Of a stretch of DNA of 64,000 bases, positions 44,901-61,020 are shown piece after piece. Positions within the stretch are counted from its first letter, which is position 1, and every line of letters begins with the position of its first letter. Source of the stretch: Eledone cirrhosa (lineage: Eukaryota); NCBI GenBank assembly GCA_964016885.1, contig OZ024754.1:19344001-19408000 (forward strand), written 5' to 3'. The position numbers and the translations under genes were made by a program. The notes under the pieces were generated by a model. That model saw only the letters and a list, made by a program, of their open reading frames with translations. It ran no database searches and was not told the origin of the DNA.

Positions 44901-47900
44901 AAGTCACTTGCCAGACATGTGCAACTGTGGCTAAAATGAATCTTCCATGATATAGTTACTTTAGTTTCAATACAGTCTCGAATCAAGTCACTTGCCAGAC
45001 ATGTACAACTGTGGCTAAAATGACTCTTCCATGATATAGTTACTTTAGTTTCAACACAGTCTCAGATCAAGTCACTTGCTAGACATGTGCAACTGTGGCT
45101 AAAATGAATCTTCCATGATATAGTTACTTTAGTTTCAATACAGTCTCGAATCAAGTCACTTGCCAGACATGTACAACTGTGGCTAAATTGACTCTTCCAT
45201 GATATAGTTACTTTAGTTTCAACACAATCTTAGATCAAGTCACTTACCAGACATATACAACTGTGGCTAAAATGACTCTTCCATGATATAGTTACTTTAG
45301 TTTCAACACAATCTTAGATCAAGTCATTTACCAGACATGTACAACTGTGGCTAAAATGACTCTTTCATGATATAGTTACTTTAGTTTCAACACATTCACA
45401 GATCAAGTCACTTGCCAGACATGTACAACTGTAGCTAAAATGAATCTTCCATGATATAGTACTTTAGTTTCAACACAGTTTCAGATCAAGTCACTTGCCA
45501 GACATGTATAACTGTGGCTAAAATGAATCTTCCATGATATAGTTACTTTAGTTTCAACACAGTCTCAGATCAATTCACTTACCAGACATGTACAACTGTA
45601 GCTAAATTGAATCTTCCATGATATAGTACTTTAGTTTCAACACAGTCTCAGATCAAGTCACTTGCCAGACATGTACAACTGTGGCTAAAATGACTCTTCC
45701 ATGATATAGTTACTTTAGTTTCATTACAGTCTTAGATCACGTCACTTGCCAGACATGTAGAACTGTGAGTAAAATGACTCTTCCATGATATAGTTACTTT
45801 AGTTTAAACACAGTCTCAGATCAAGTCACTTGCCAGACATGTACAACTGTGGCTAAAATGACTGTTCCATTATATAGTTACTTTAGTTTCAACACAATCT
45901 CAGATCAAGTCACTTTCAAGGCATGTACAACTGTGGCTGAAATGACTCTTCCATTATATAGTTACATTACTTTCAACACAGTGACAGATCAAGTCACTTT
46001 CCAGGCATGTACAACTGTGGCTGAAATGACTCTTCCATTATATAGTTACTTTAGTTTCAACACAATCCCAGATCAAGTCACTTGCCACACATATACAACT
46101 GTGGCTAAAATGACTCTTCCATGATATAGTTACTTTACTTTCAACACAATCTTAGATCAAGTCACTTACCAGACATGTACAACTGTGGCTAAAATGACTC
46201 TTTCATGATATAGTTACTTTAGTTTCAACACATTCACAGATCAAGTCACTTGCCAGACATGTACAACTGTATCTAAAATAACTCTTCCATGATATAGTTA
46301 CTTTAGTTTCAACACAGTCACAGATCAAGACACTTACCAGACATGTACAACTGTAGCTAAAATGACTCTTCCATGATATAGTTACTTTAGTTTCAACACA
46401 GTCTCAGATCAAGTGACTTGCCAGACATGTACAACTGTGGCTAAAATGACACTACCATGATATAGTTACTTTAGTTTCAACACAATCTCAGATCAAGTCA
46501 CTTGCCAGACATGTACAACTGTAGCTAAAATGAATCTTCCATGATATAGTACTTTAGTTTCAACACAGTCTCAGATCAAGTCACTTGCCAGACATGTATA
46601 ACTGTGGCTAAAATGAATCTTCCATGATATAGTTACTTTAGTTTCAACACAATCTCAAATCAAGTCACTTGCCAGACATGTACAACTGTGTCTAAAATGA
46701 TTCTTCCATGATATAGTTACTTTAGTTTCAACACAGTCTCAGATCAATTCACTTACCAGACATGTACAACTGTAGCTAAAATGAATCTTCCATGATATAG
46801 TTACTTTAGTTTCAACACAGTCTCAGATCAAGTGACTTGCCAGACATGTACAACTGTGACTAAAATGACACTACCATGATATAGTTACTTTAGTTTCAAC
46901 ACAATCTCAGATCAAGTCACTTGCCAGACATGTACAAATGTAGCTAAAATGAATCTTCCATGATACAGTACTTTAGTTTCAACACAGTCTCAGATCAAGT
47001 CACTTGCCAGACATGTATAACTGTGGCTGAAATGACTCTTCCATTATATAGTTACTTTAGTTTCAACACAATCCCAGATCAAGTCACTTGCCAGACATAT
47101 GCAACTGTGGCTAAAAAGACTCTTCCATGATATAGTTACTTTAGTTTCAACACAGTCACAGATAAAGACACTTACCAGACATGTACAACTGTAGCTAAAA
47201 TGACTCTTCCATGATATAGTTACTTTAGTTTCAACACAGTCTCAGATCAAGTGACTTGCCAGACATGTACAACTGTGGCTAAAATGACACTACCATGATA
47301 TAGTTACTTTAGTTTCAACACAATCTCAGATCAAGTCACTTGCCAGACATGTACAACTGTAGCTAAAATGAATCTTCCATGATATAGTACTTTAGTTTCA
47401 ACACAGTCTCAGATCAAGTCACTTGCCAGACATGTATAACTGTGGCTAAAATGAATCTTCCATGATATAGTTACTTTAGTTTCAACACAATCTCAGATCA
47501 AGTCACTTGCCAGACATGTACAACTGTGTCTAAAATGATTCTTCCATGATATAGTTACTTTAGTTTCAACACAGTCTCAGATCAATTCACTTACCAGACA
47601 TGTACAACTGTAGCTAAAATGAATGTTCCATGATATAGTACTTTAGTTTCAACACAGTCTCAGATCAAGTCACTTGCCAGACATGTACAACTGTGGCTAA
47701 AATGACTCTTCCATGATATAGTTACTTTAGTTTCAACACAGTTTTAGATCACGTCACTTGCTAGACATGTAGAACTGTGACTAAAATGACTCTTCCATGA
47801 TATAGTTACTTTAGTTTAAACACAGTCTCAGATCAAGTCACTTGCCAGACATGTACAACTGTGGCTAAAATGACTCTTCCATTATATAGTTACTTTAGTT

Positions 47901-49330
47901 TCAACACAATCTCAGATCAAGTCACTTTCAAGGCATGTACAACTGTGGCTGAAATGACTCTTCCATTATATAGTTACATTACTTTCAACACAGTCACAGA
48001 TCAAGTCACTTTCCAGGCATGTACAACTGTGGCTGAAATGACTCTTCCATTATATAGTTACTTTAGTTTCAACACGGTCTCAGATCAAGTCACTTGCCAG
48101 ACATGTACAACTGTGGCTAAAATGACTCTTCCATGATATAGTTACTTTAGTTTCAACACAATCTCAGATCAAGTCACTTGCCAGACATTTACAACTGTGG
48201 CCAAAATGACTCTTCCATGATATAGTTACTTTAGTTTCAACACAGTCTCAGATCAAGTTACTTGCCAGACATATACAACTGTGGCTAAAATGAATCTTCC
48301 ATGATATAGTTACTTTAGTTTCAATACAGTCTCGAATCAAGTCACTTGCCAGACATGTACAACTGTGGCTAAAATGACTCTTCCATGATATAGTTACTTT
48401 AGTTTCAACACAATCTCAGATCATGTCACTTGCCAGACACGTACAACTCTGGCTAAAATAACTCTTCCATGATATAGTTACTTTAGTTTCAACACAATCT
48501 TAGATCAAGTCACTTACCAGACATATACAACTGTGGCTAAAATGACTCTTCCATGATATAGTTACTTTAGTTTCAACACAGCCTCAGATAAAGTCACTTG
48601 CCAGACATGTGCAACTGTGGCTAAAATGAATCTTCCATGATATAGTTACTTTAGTTTCAATACAGTCTCGAATCAAGTCACTTGCCAGACATGTACAACT
48701 GTGGCTAAAATGACTCTTCCATGATATAGTTACTTTAGTTTCAACACAGTCTCAGATCAAGTCACTTGCTAGACATGTGCAACTGTGGCTAAAATGAATC
48801 TTCCATGATATAGTTACTTTAGTTTCAATACAGTCTCGAATCAAGTCACTTGCCAGACATGTACAACTGTGGCTAAATTGACTCTTCCATGATATAGTTA
48901 CTTTAGTTTCAACACAATCTTAGATCAAGTCACTTACCAGACATATACAACTGTGGCTAAAATGACTCTTCCATGATATAGTTACTTTAGTTTCAACACA
49001 ATCTTAGATCAAGTCATTTACCAGACATGTACAACTGTGGCTAAAATGACTCTTTCATGATATAGTTACTTTAGTTTCAACACATTCACAGATCAAGTCA
49101 CTTGCCAGACATGTACAACTGTAGCTAAAATGAATCTTCCATGATATAGTACTTTAGTTTCAACACAGTTTCAGATCAAGTCACTTGCCAGACATGTATA
49201 ACTGTGGCTAAAATGAATCTTCCATGATATAGTTACTTTAGTTTCAACACAGTCTCAGATCAATTCACTTACCAGACATGTACAACTGTAGCTAAATTGA
49301 ATCTTCCATGATATAGTACTTTAGTTTCAA
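37420..49330. repeat. Near-perfect tandem duplication of a 71-monomer unit (5954 bp)
   Basis: acaattgtgg occurs at 37457/43411. ORF pairs 39895/45849 and 41907/47861 share offset 5954 (71x84-10). Rare variants cttcgatg, tgtaaaact, ataaatct and caatgttat are shared. Confidence 0.92.
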
Positions 49331-52170
49331 CACAGTCTCAGATCAAGTCACTTGCCAGACATGTACAACTGTGGCTAAAATGACTCTTCCATGATATAGT
49401 TACTTTAGTTTCATTACAGTCTTAGATCACGTCACTTGCCAGACATGTAGAACTGTGAGTAAAATGACTCTTCCATGATATAGTTACTTTAGTTTAAACA
49501 CAGTCTCAGATCAAGTCACTTGCCAGACATGTACAACTGTGGCTAAAATGACTGTTCCATTATATAGTTACTTTAGTTTCAACACAATCTCAGATCAAGT
49601 CACTTTCAAGGCATGTACAACTGTGGCTGAAATGACTCTTCCATTATATAGTTACATTACTTTCAACACAGTGACAGATCAAGTCACTTTCCAGGCATGT
49701 ACAACTGTGGCTGAAATGACTCTTCCATTATATAGTTACTTTAGTTTCAACACAATCCCAGATCAAGTCACTTGCCACACATATACAACTGTGGCTAAAA
49801 TGACTCTTCCATGATATAGTTACTTTACTTTCAACACAATCTTAGATCAAGTCATTTACCAGACATGTACAACTGTGGCTAAAATGACTCTTTCATGATA
49901 TAGTTACTTTAGTTTCAACACATTCACAGATCAAGTCACTTGCCAGACATGTACAACTGTATCTAAAATAACTCTTCCATGATATAGTTACTTTAGTTTC
50001 AACACAGTCACAGATCAAGACACTTACCAGACATGTACAACTGTAGCTAAAATGACTCTTCCATGATATAGTTACTTTAGTTTCAACACAGTCTCAGATC
50101 AAGTGACTTGCCAGACATGTACAACTGTGGCTAAAATGACACTACCATGATATAGTTACTTTAGTTTCAACACAATCTCAGATCAAGTCACTTGCCAGAC
50201 ATGTACAACTGTAGCTAAAATGAATCTTCCATGATATAGTACTTTAGTTTCAACACAGTCTCAGATCAAGTCACTTGCCAGACATGTATAACTGTGGCTA
50301 AAATGAATCTTCCATGATATAGTTACTTTAGTTTCAACACAATCTCAAATCAAGTCACTTGCCAGACATGTACAACTGTGTCTAAAATGATTCTTCCATG
50401 ATATAGTTACTTTAGTTTCAACACAGTCTCAGATCAATTCACTTACCAGACATGTACAACTGTAGCTAAAATGAATCTTCCATGATATAGTTACTTTAGT
50501 TTCAACACAGTCTCAGATCAAGTGACTTGCCAGACATGTACAACTGTGACTAAAATGACACTACCATGATATAGTTACTTTAGTTTCAACACAATCTCAG
50601 ATCAAGTCACTTGCCAGACATGTACAAATGTAGCTAAAATGAATCTTCCATGATACAGTACTTTAGTTTCAACACAGTCTCAGATCAAGTCACTTGCCAG
50701 ACATGTATAACTGTGGCTGAAATGACTCTTCCATTATATAGTTACTTTAGTTTCAACACAATCCCAGATCAAGTCACTTGCCAGACATATGCAACTGTGG
50801 CTAAAAAGACTCTTCCATGATATAGTTACTTTAGTTTCAACACAGTCACAGATAAAGACACTTACCAGACATGTACAACTGTAGCTAAAATGACTCTTCC
50901 ATGATATAGTTACTTTAGTTTCAACACAGTCTCAGATCAAGTGACTTGCCAGACATGTACAACTGTGGCTAAAATGACACTACCATGATATAGTTACTTT
51001 AGTTTCAACACAATCTCAGATCAAGTCACTTGCCAGACATGTACAACTGTAGCTAAAATGAATCTTCCATGATATAGTACTTTAGTTTCAACACAGTCTC
51101 AGATCAAGTCACTTGCCAGACATGTATAACTGTGGCTAAAATGAATCTTCCATGATATAGTTACTTTAGTTTCAACACAATCTCAGATCAAGTCACTTGC
51201 CAGACATGTACAACTGTGTCTAAAATGATTCTTCCATGATATAGTTACTTTAGTTTCAACACAGTCTCAGATCAATTCACTTACCAGACATGTACAACTG
51301 TAGCTAAAATGAATGTTCCATGATATAGTACTTTAGTTTCAACACAGTCTCAGATCAAGTCACTTGCCAGACATGTACAACTGTGGCTAAAATGACTCTT
51401 CCATGATATAGTTACTTTAGTTTCAACACAGTTTTAGATCACGTCACTTGCTAGACATGTAGAACTGTGACTAAAATGACTCTTCCATGATATAGTTACT
51501 TTAGTTTAAACACAGTCTCAGATCAAGTCACTTGCCAGACATGTACAACTGTGGCTAAAATGACTCTTCCATTATATAGTTACTTTAGTTTCAACACAAT
51601 CTCAGATCAAGTCACTTTCAAGGCATGTACAACTGTGGCTGAAATGACTCTTCCATTATATAGTTACATTACTTTCAACACAGTCACAGATCAAGTCACT
51701 TTCCAGGCATGTACAACTGTGGCTGAAATGACTCTTCCATTATATAGTTACTTTAGTTTCAACACGGTCTCAGATCAAGTCACTTGCCAGACATGTACAA
51801 CTGTGGCTAAAATGACTCTTCCATGATATAGTTACTTTAGTTTCAACACAATCTCAGATCAAGTCACTTGCCAGACATTTACAACTGTGGCCAAAATGAC
51901 TCTTCCATGATATAGTTACTTTAGTTTCAACACAGTCTCAGATCAAGTTACTTGCCAGACATATACAACTGTGGCTAAAATGAATCTTCCATGATATAGT
52001 TACTTTAGTTTCAATACAGTCTCGAATCAAGTCACTTGCCAGACATGTACAACTGTGGCTAAAATGACTCTTCCATGATATAGTTACTTTAGTTTCAACA
52101 CAATCTCAGATCATGTCACTTGCCAGACACGTACAACTCTGGCTAAAATAACTCTTCCATGATATAGTTA
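44870..52170. repeat. 44-monomer higher-order unit (3690 bp) in tandem
   Basis: ORF pairs 45849/49539 and 47861/51551 share offset 3690 (44x84-6). Variants ttcattac, gtgagtaa, ccacacat, tgtatcta and aaaaagac are shared. Confidence 0.88.
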
Positions 52171-55100
52171 CTTTAGTTTCAACACAGTCCCAGATCAAGT
52201 CACTTTCCAGGCATGTACAACTGTGGCTGTAATGACTCTTCCATGATATAGTTACTTTAGTTTCAACACAGTCACAGATCAAGTCACTTGCCAGACATGT
52301 ACAAGTTTAGCTAAAATGACTCTTCAATGATATAGTTACTTTAGTTTCAACACAATCTCAGATCAAGTCACTTGCCAGACATGTACAACTGTAGCTAAAA
52401 TGAATCTTCCATGATATAGTACTTTAGTTTCAACACAGTCTCAGATCAAGTCACTTGCCAGACATGTATAACTGTGGCTGAAATGACTCTTCCATTATAT
52501 AGTTACTTTAGTTTCAACACAATCCCAGATCAAGTCACTTGCCAGACATATGCAACTGTGGCTAAAATGACTCTTCCATGATATAGTTACTTTAGTTTCA
52601 ACACAGTCACAGATAAAGACACTTACCAGACATGTACAACTGTAGCTAAAATGACTCTTCCATGATATAGTTACTTTAGTTTCAACACAGTCTCAGATCA
52701 AGTGACTTGCCAGACATGTACAACTGTGGCTAAAATGACACTACCATGATATAGTTACTTTAGTTTCAACACAATCTCAGATCAAGTCACTTGCCAGACA
52801 TGTACAACTGTAGCTAAAATGAATCTTCCATGATATAGTACTTTAGTTTCAACACAGTCTCAGATCATGTCACTTGCCAGACATGTATATCTGTGGCTAA
52901 AATGAATCTTCCATGATATAGTTACTTTAGTTTCAACACAGTCTCAGATCAAGTCACTTGCCAGACATGTACAACTGTGGCTAAAATGACTCTTCCATGA
53001 TATAGTTACTTTAGTTTCAACACAGTTTTAGATCACGTCACTTGCTAGACATGTAGAACTGTGACTAAAATGACTCTTCCATGATATAGTTACTTTAGTT
53101 TAAACACAGTCTCAGATCAAGTCACTTGCCAGACATGTACAACTGTGGCTAAAATGACTCTTCCATTATATAGTTACTTTAGTTTCAACACAATCTCAGA
53201 TCAAGTCACTTTCAAGGCATGTACAACTGTGGCTGAAATGACTCTTCCATTATATAGTTACATTACTTTCAACACAGTCACAGATCAAGTCACTTTCCAG
53301 GCATGTACAACTGTGGCTGAAATGACTCTTCCATTATATAGTTACTTTAGTTTCAACACGGTCTCAGATCAAGTCACTTGCCAGACATGTACAACTGTGG
53401 CTAAAATGACTCTTCCATGATATAGTTACTTTAGTTTCAACACAATCTCAGATCAAGTCACTTGCCAGACATTTACAACTGTGGCCAAAATGACTCTTCC
53501 ATGATATAGTTACTTTAGTTTCAACACAGTCTCAGATCAAGTTACTTGCCAGACATATACAACTGTGGCTAAAATGAATCTTCCATGATATAGTTACTTT
53601 AGTTTCAATACAGTCTCGAATCAAGTCACTTGCCAGACATGTACAACTGTGGCTAAAATGACTCTTCCATGATATAGTTACTTTAGTTTCAACACAATCT
53701 CAGATCATGTCACTTGCCAGACACGTACAACTCTGGCTAAAATAACTCTTCCATGATATAGTTACTTTAGTTTCAACACAATCTTAGATCAAGTCACTTA
53801 CCAGACATATACAACTGTGGCTAAAATGACTCTTCCATGATATAGTTACTTTAGTTTCAACACAGCCTCAGATAAAGTCACTTGCCAGACATGTGCAACT
53901 GTGGCTAAAATGAATCTTCCATGATATAGTTACTTTAGTTTCAATACAGTCTCGAATCAAGTCACTTGCCAGACATGTACAACTGTGGCTAAAATGACTC
54001 TTCCATGATATAGTTACTTTAGTTTCAACACAGTCTCAGATCAAGTCACTTGCTAGACATGTGCAACTGTGGCTAAAATGAATCTTCCATGATATAGTTA
54101 CTTTAGTTTCAATACAGTCTCGAATCAAGTCACTTGCCAGACATGTACAACTGTGGCTAAATTGACTCTTCCATGATATAGTTACTTTAGTTTCAACACA
54201 ATCTTAGATCAAGTCACTTACCAGACATATACAACTGTGGCTAAAATGACTCTTCCATGATATAGTTACTTTAGTTTCAACACAATCTTAGATCAAGTCA
54301 TTTACCAGACATGTACAACTGTGGCTAAAATGACTCTTTCATGATATAGTTACTTTAGTTTCAACACATTCACAGATCAAGTCACTTGCCAGACATGTAC
54401 AACTGTAGCTAAAATGAATCTTCCATGATATAGTACTTTAGTTTCAACACAGTTTCAGATCAAGTCACTTGCCAGACATGTATAACTGTGGCTAAAATGA
54501 ATCTTCCATGATATAGTTACTTTAGTTTCAACACAGTCTCAGATCAATTCACTTACCAGACATGTACAACTGTAGCTAAATTGAATCTTCCATGATATAG
54601 TACTTTAGTTTCAACACAGTCTCAGATCAAGTCACTTGCCAGACATGTACAACTGTGGCTAAAATGACTCTTCCATGATATAGTTACTTTAGTTTCATTA
54701 CAGTCTTAGATCACGTCACTTGCCAGACATGTAGAACTGTGAGTAAAATGACTCTTCCATGATATAGTTACTTTAGTTTAAACACAGTCTCAGATCAAGT
54801 CACTTGCCAGACATGTACAACTGTGGCTAAAATGACTGTTCCATTATATAGTTACTTTAGTTTCAACACAATCTCAGATCAAGTCACTTTCAAGGCATGT
54901 ACAACTGTGGCTGAAATGACTCTTCCATTATATAGTTACATTACTTTCAACACAGTGACAGATCAAGTCACTTTCCAGGCATGTACAACTGTGGCTGAAA
55001 TGACTCTTCCATTATATAGTTACTTTAGTTTCAACACAATCCCAGATCAAGTCACTTGCCACACATATACAACTGTGGCTAAAATGACTCTTCCATGATA

Positions 55101-58100
55101 TAGTTACTTTACTTTCAACACAATCTTAGATCAAGTCATTTACCAGACATGTACAACTGTGGCTAAAATGACTCTTTCATGATATAGTTACTTTAGTTTC
55201 AACACATTCACAGATCAAGTCACTTGCCAGACATGTACAACTGTATCTAAAATAACTCTTCCATGATATAGTTACTTTAGTTTCAACACAGTCACAGATC
55301 AAGACACTTACCAGACATGTACAACTGTAGCTAAAATGACTCTTCCATGATATAGTTACTTTAGTTTCAACACAGTCTCAGATCAAGTGACTTGCCAGAC
55401 ATGTACAACTGTGGCTAAAATGACACTACCATGATATAGTTACTTTAGTTTCAACACAATCTCAGATCAAGTCACTTGCCAGACATGTACAACTGTAGCT
55501 AAAATGAATCTTCCATGATATAGTACTTTAGTTTCAACACAGTCTCAGATCAAGTCACTTGCCAGACATGTATAACTGTGGCTAAAATGAATCTTCCATG
55601 ATATAGTTACTTTAGTTTCAACACAATCTCAAATCAAGTCACTTGCCAGACATGTACAACTGTGTCTAAAATGATTCTTCCATGATATAGTTACTTTAGT
55701 TTCAACACAGTCTCAGATCAATTCACTTACCAGACATGTACAACTGTAGCTAAAATGAATCTTCCATGATATAGTTACTTTAGTTTCAACACAGTCTCAG
55801 ATCAAGTGACTTGCCAGACATGTACAACTGTGACTAAAATGACACTACCATGATATAGTTACTTTAGTTTCAACACAATCTCAGATCAAGTCACTTGCCA
55901 GACATGTACAAATGTAGCTAAAATGAATCTTCCATGATACAGTACTTTAGTTTCAACACAGTCTCAGATCAAGTCACTTGCCAGACATGTATAACTGTGG
56001 CTGAAATGACTCTTCCATTATATAGTTACTTTAGTTTCAACACAATCCCAGATCAAGTCACTTGCCAGACATATGCAACTGTGGCTAAAAAGACTCTTCC
56101 ATGATATAGTTACTTTAGTTTCAACACAGTCACAGATAAAGACACTTACCAGACATGTACAACTGTAGCTAAAATGACTCTTCCATGATATAGTTACTTT
56201 AGTTTCAACACAGTCTCAGATCAAGTGACTTGCCAGACATGTACAACTGTGGCTAAAATGACACTACCATGATATAGTTACTTTAGTTTCAACACAATCT
56301 CAGATCAAGTCACTTGCCAGACATGTACAACTGTAGCTAAAATGAATCTTCCATGATATAGTACTTTAGTTTCAACACAGTCTCAGATCAAGTCACTTGC
56401 CAGACATGTATAACTGTGGCTAAAATGAATCTTCCATGATATAGTTACTTTAGTTTCAACACAATCTCAGATCAAGTCACTTGCCAGACATGTACAACTG
56501 TGTCTAAAATGATTCTTCCATGATATAGTTACTTTAGTTTCAACACAGTCTCAGATCAATTCACTTACCAGACATGTACAACTGTAGCTAAAATGAATGT
56601 TCCATGATATAGTACTTTAGTTTCAACACAGTCTCAGATCAAGTCACTTGCCAGACATGTACAACTGTGGCTAAAATGACTCTTCCATGATATAGTTACT
56701 TTAGTTTCAACACAGTTTTAGATCACGTCACTTGCTAGACATGTAGAACTGTGACTAAAATGACTCTTCCATGATATAGTTACTTTAGTTTAAACACAGT
56801 CTCAGATCAAGTCACTTGCCAGACATGTACAACTGTGGCTAAAATGACTCTTCCATTATATAGTTACTTTAGTTTCAACACAATCTCAGATCAAGTCACT
56901 TTCAAGGCATGTACAACTGTGGCTGAAATGACTCTTCCATTATATAGTTACATTACTTTCAACACAGTCACAGATCAAGTCACTTTCCAGGCATGTACAA
57001 CTGTGGCTGAAATGACTCTTCCATTATATAGTTACTTTAGTTTCAACACGGTCTCAGATCAAGTCACTTGCCAGACATGTACAACTGTGGCTAAAATGAC
57101 TCTTCCATGATATAGTTACTTTAGTTTCAACACAATCTCAGATCAAGTCACTTGCCAGACATTTACAACTGTGGCCAAAATGACTCTTCCATGATATAGT
57201 TACTTTAGTTTCAACACAGTCTCAGATCAAGTTACTTGCCAGACATATACAACTGTGGCTAAAATGAATCTTCCATGATATAGTTACTTTAGTTTCAATA
57301 CAGTCTCGAATCAAGTCACTTGCCAGACATGTACAACTGTGGCTAAAATGACTCTTCCATGATATAGTTACTTTAGTTTCAACACAATCTCAGATCATGT
57401 CACTTGCCAGACACGTACAACTCTGGCTAAAATAACTCTTCCATGATATAGTTACTTTAGTTTCAACACAGTCCCAGATCAAGTCACTTTCCAGGCATGT
57501 ACAACTGTGGCTGTAATGACTCTTCCATGATATAGTTACTTTAGTTTCAACACAGTCACAGATCAAGTCACTTGCCAGACATGTACAAGTTTAGCTAAAA
57601 TGACTCTTCAATGATATAGTTACTTTAGTTTCAACACAATCTCAGATCAAGTCACTTGCCAGACATGTACAACTGTAGCTAAAATGAATCTTCCATGATA
57701 TAGTACTTTAGTTTCAACACAGTCTCAGATCAAGTCACTTGCCAGACATGTATAACTGTGGCTGAAATGACTCTTCCATTATATAGTTACTTTAGTTTCA
57801 ACACAATCCCAGATCAAGTCACTTGCCAGACATATGCAACTGTGGCTAAAATGACTCTTCCATGATATAGTTACTTTAGTTTCAACACAGTCACAGATAA
57901 AGACACTTACCAGACATGTACAACTGTAGCTAAAATGACTCTTCCATGATATAGTTACTTTAGTTTCAACACAGTCTCAGATCAAGTGACTTGCCAGACA
58001 TGTACAACTGTGGCTAAAATGACACTACCATGATATAGTTACTTTAGTTTCAACACAATCTCAGATCAAGTCACTTGCCAGACATGTACAACTGTAGCTA

Positions 58101-58220
58101 AAATGAATCTTCCATGATATAGTACTTTAGTTTCAACACAGTCTCAGATCATGTCACTTGCCAGACATGTATATCTGTGGCTAAAATGAATCTTCCATGA
58201 TATAGTTACTTTAGTTTCAA
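47700..58220. repeat. 63-monomer unit (5284 bp) in tandem
   Basis: ORF pairs 47861/53145, 49539/54823 and 51551/56835 share offset 5284 (63x84-8). The gtatatctgtgg variant occurs at ~52885 and ~58169. Confidence 0.85.
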
Positions 58221-60069
58221 CACAATCTCAGATCAAGTCACTTGCCAGACATGTACAACTGTGTCTAAAATGATTCTTCCATGATATAGTTACTTTAGTT
58301 TCAACACAGTCTCAGATCAATTCACTTACCAGACATGTACAACTGTAGCTAAAATGAATCTTCCATGATATAGTTACTTTAGTTTCAACACAGTCTCAGA
58401 TCAAGTGACTTGCCAGACATGTACAACTGTGGCTAAAATGACACTACCATGATATAGTTACTTTAGTTTCAACACAATCTCAGATCAAGTCACTTGCCAG
58501 ACATGTACAAATGTAGCTAAAATGAATCTTCCATGATACAGTACTTTAGTTTCAACACAGTCTCAGAACAAGTCACTTGCCAGACATGTATAACTGTGGC
58601 TGAAATGACTCTTCCATTATATAGTTACTTTAGTTTCAACACAATCCCAGATCAAGTCACTTGCCAGACATATGCAACTGTGGCTAAAATGACTCTTCCA
58701 TGATATAGTTACTTTAGTTTCAACACAGTCACAGATAAAGACACTTACCAGACATGTACAACTGTAGCTAAAATGACTCTTCCATGATATAGTTACTTTA
58801 GTTTCAACACAGTCTCAGATCAAGTGACTTGCCAGACATGTACAACTGTGGCTAAAATGACACTACCATGATATAGTTACTTTAGTTTCAACACAATCTC
58901 AGATCAAGTCACTTGCCAGACATGTACAACTGTAGCTAAAATGAATCTTCCATGATATAGTACTTTAGTTTCAACACAGTCTCAGATCAAGTCACTTGCC
59001 AGACATGTATAACTGTGGCTAAAATGAATCTTCCATGATATAGTTACTTTAGTTTCAACACAATCTCAGATCAACTCACTTGCCAGACATGTACAACTGT
59101 GTCTAAAATGATTCTTCCATGATATAGTTACTTTAGTTTCAACACAGTTTTAGATCACGTCACTTGCTAGACATGTAGAACTGTGACTAAAATGACTCTT
59201 CCATGATATAGTTACTTTAGTTTAAACACAGTCTCAGATCAAGTCACTTGCCAGACATGTACAACTGTGGCTAAAATGACTCTTCCATTATATAGTTACT
59301 TTAGTTTCAACACAATCTCAGATCAAGTCACTTTCAAGGCATGTACAACTGTGGCTGAAATGACTCTTCCATTATATAGTTACATTACTTTCAACACAGT
59401 CACAGATCAAGTCACTTTCCAGGCATGTACAACTGTGGCTGAAATGACTCTTCCATTATATAGTTACTTTAGTTTCAACACGGTCTCAGATCAAGTCACT
59501 TGCCAGACATGTACAACTGTGGCTAAAATGACTCTTCCATGATATAGTTACTTTAGTTTCAACACAATCTCAGATCAAGTCACTTGCCAGACATTTACAA
59601 CTGTGGCCAAAATGACTCTTCCATGATATAGTTACTTTAGTTTCAACACAGTCTCAGATCAAGTTACTTGCCAGACATATACAACTGTGGCTAAAATGAA
59701 TCTTCCATGATATAGTTACTTTAGTTTCAATACAGTCTCGAATCAAGTCACTTGCCAGACATGTACAACTGTGGCTAAAATGACTCTTCCATGATATAGT
59801 TACTTTAGTTTCAACACAATCTCAGATCATGTCACTTGCCAGACACGTACAACTCTGGCTAAAATAACTCTTCCATGATATAGTTACTTTAGTTTCAACA
59901 CAGTCCCAGATCAAGTCACTTTCCAGGCATGTACAACTGTGGCTGTAATGACTCTTCCATGATATAGTTACTTTAGTTTCAACACAGTCACAGATCAAGT
60001 CACTTGCCAGACATGTACAAGTTTAGCTAAAATGACTCTTCAATGATATAGTTACTTTAGTTTCAACAC

Positions 60070-61020
60070 AATCTCAGATCAAGTCACTTGCCAGACATGT
60101 ACAACTGTAGCTAAAATGAATCTTCCATGATATAGTACTTTAGTTTCAACACAGTCTCAGATCAAGTCACTTGCCAGACATGTATAACTGTGGCTGAAAT
60201 GACTCTTCCATTATATAGTTACTTTAGTTTCAACACAATCCCAGATCAAGTCACTTGCCAGACATATGCAACTGTGGCTAAAATGACTCTTCCATGATAT
60301 AGTTACTTTAGTTTCAACACAGTCACAGATAAAGACACTTACCAGACATGTACAACTGTAGCTAAAATGACTCTTCCATGATATAGTTACTTTAGTTTCA
60401 ACACAGTCTCAGATCAAGTGACTTGCCAGACATGTACAACTGTGGCTAAAATGACACTACCATGATATAGTTACTTTAGTTTCAACACAATCTCAGATCA
60501 AGTCACTTGCCAGACATGTACAACTGTAGCTAAAATGAATCTTCCATGATATAGTACTTTAGTTTCAACACAGTCTCAGATCATGTCACTTGCCAGACAT
60601 GTATAACTGTGGCTGAAATGACTCTTCCATTATATAGTTACTTTAGTTTCAACACAATCCCAGATCAAGTCACTTGCCAGACATATGCAACTGTGGCTAA
60701 AATGACTCTTCCATGATATAGTTACTTTAGTTTCAACACAGTCACAGATAAAGACACTTACCAGACATGTACAACTGTAGCTAAAATGACTCTTCCATGA
60801 TATAGTTACTTTAGTTTCAACACAGTCTCAGATCAAGTGACTTGCCAGACATGTACAACTGTGGCTAAAATGACACTACCATGATATAGTTACTTTAGTT
60901 TCAACACAATCTCAGATCAAGTCACTTGCCAGACATGTACAACTGTAGCTAAAATGAATCTTCCATGATATAGTACTTTAGTTTCAACACAGTCTCAGAT
61001 CATGTCACTTGCCAGACATG
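60070..61020. repeat. Tandem 5-monomer unit (419 bp)
   Basis: aaagacacttacc occurs at 60331 and 60750 (5x84-1), with the same five-monomer variant order around each. Confidence 0.85.
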
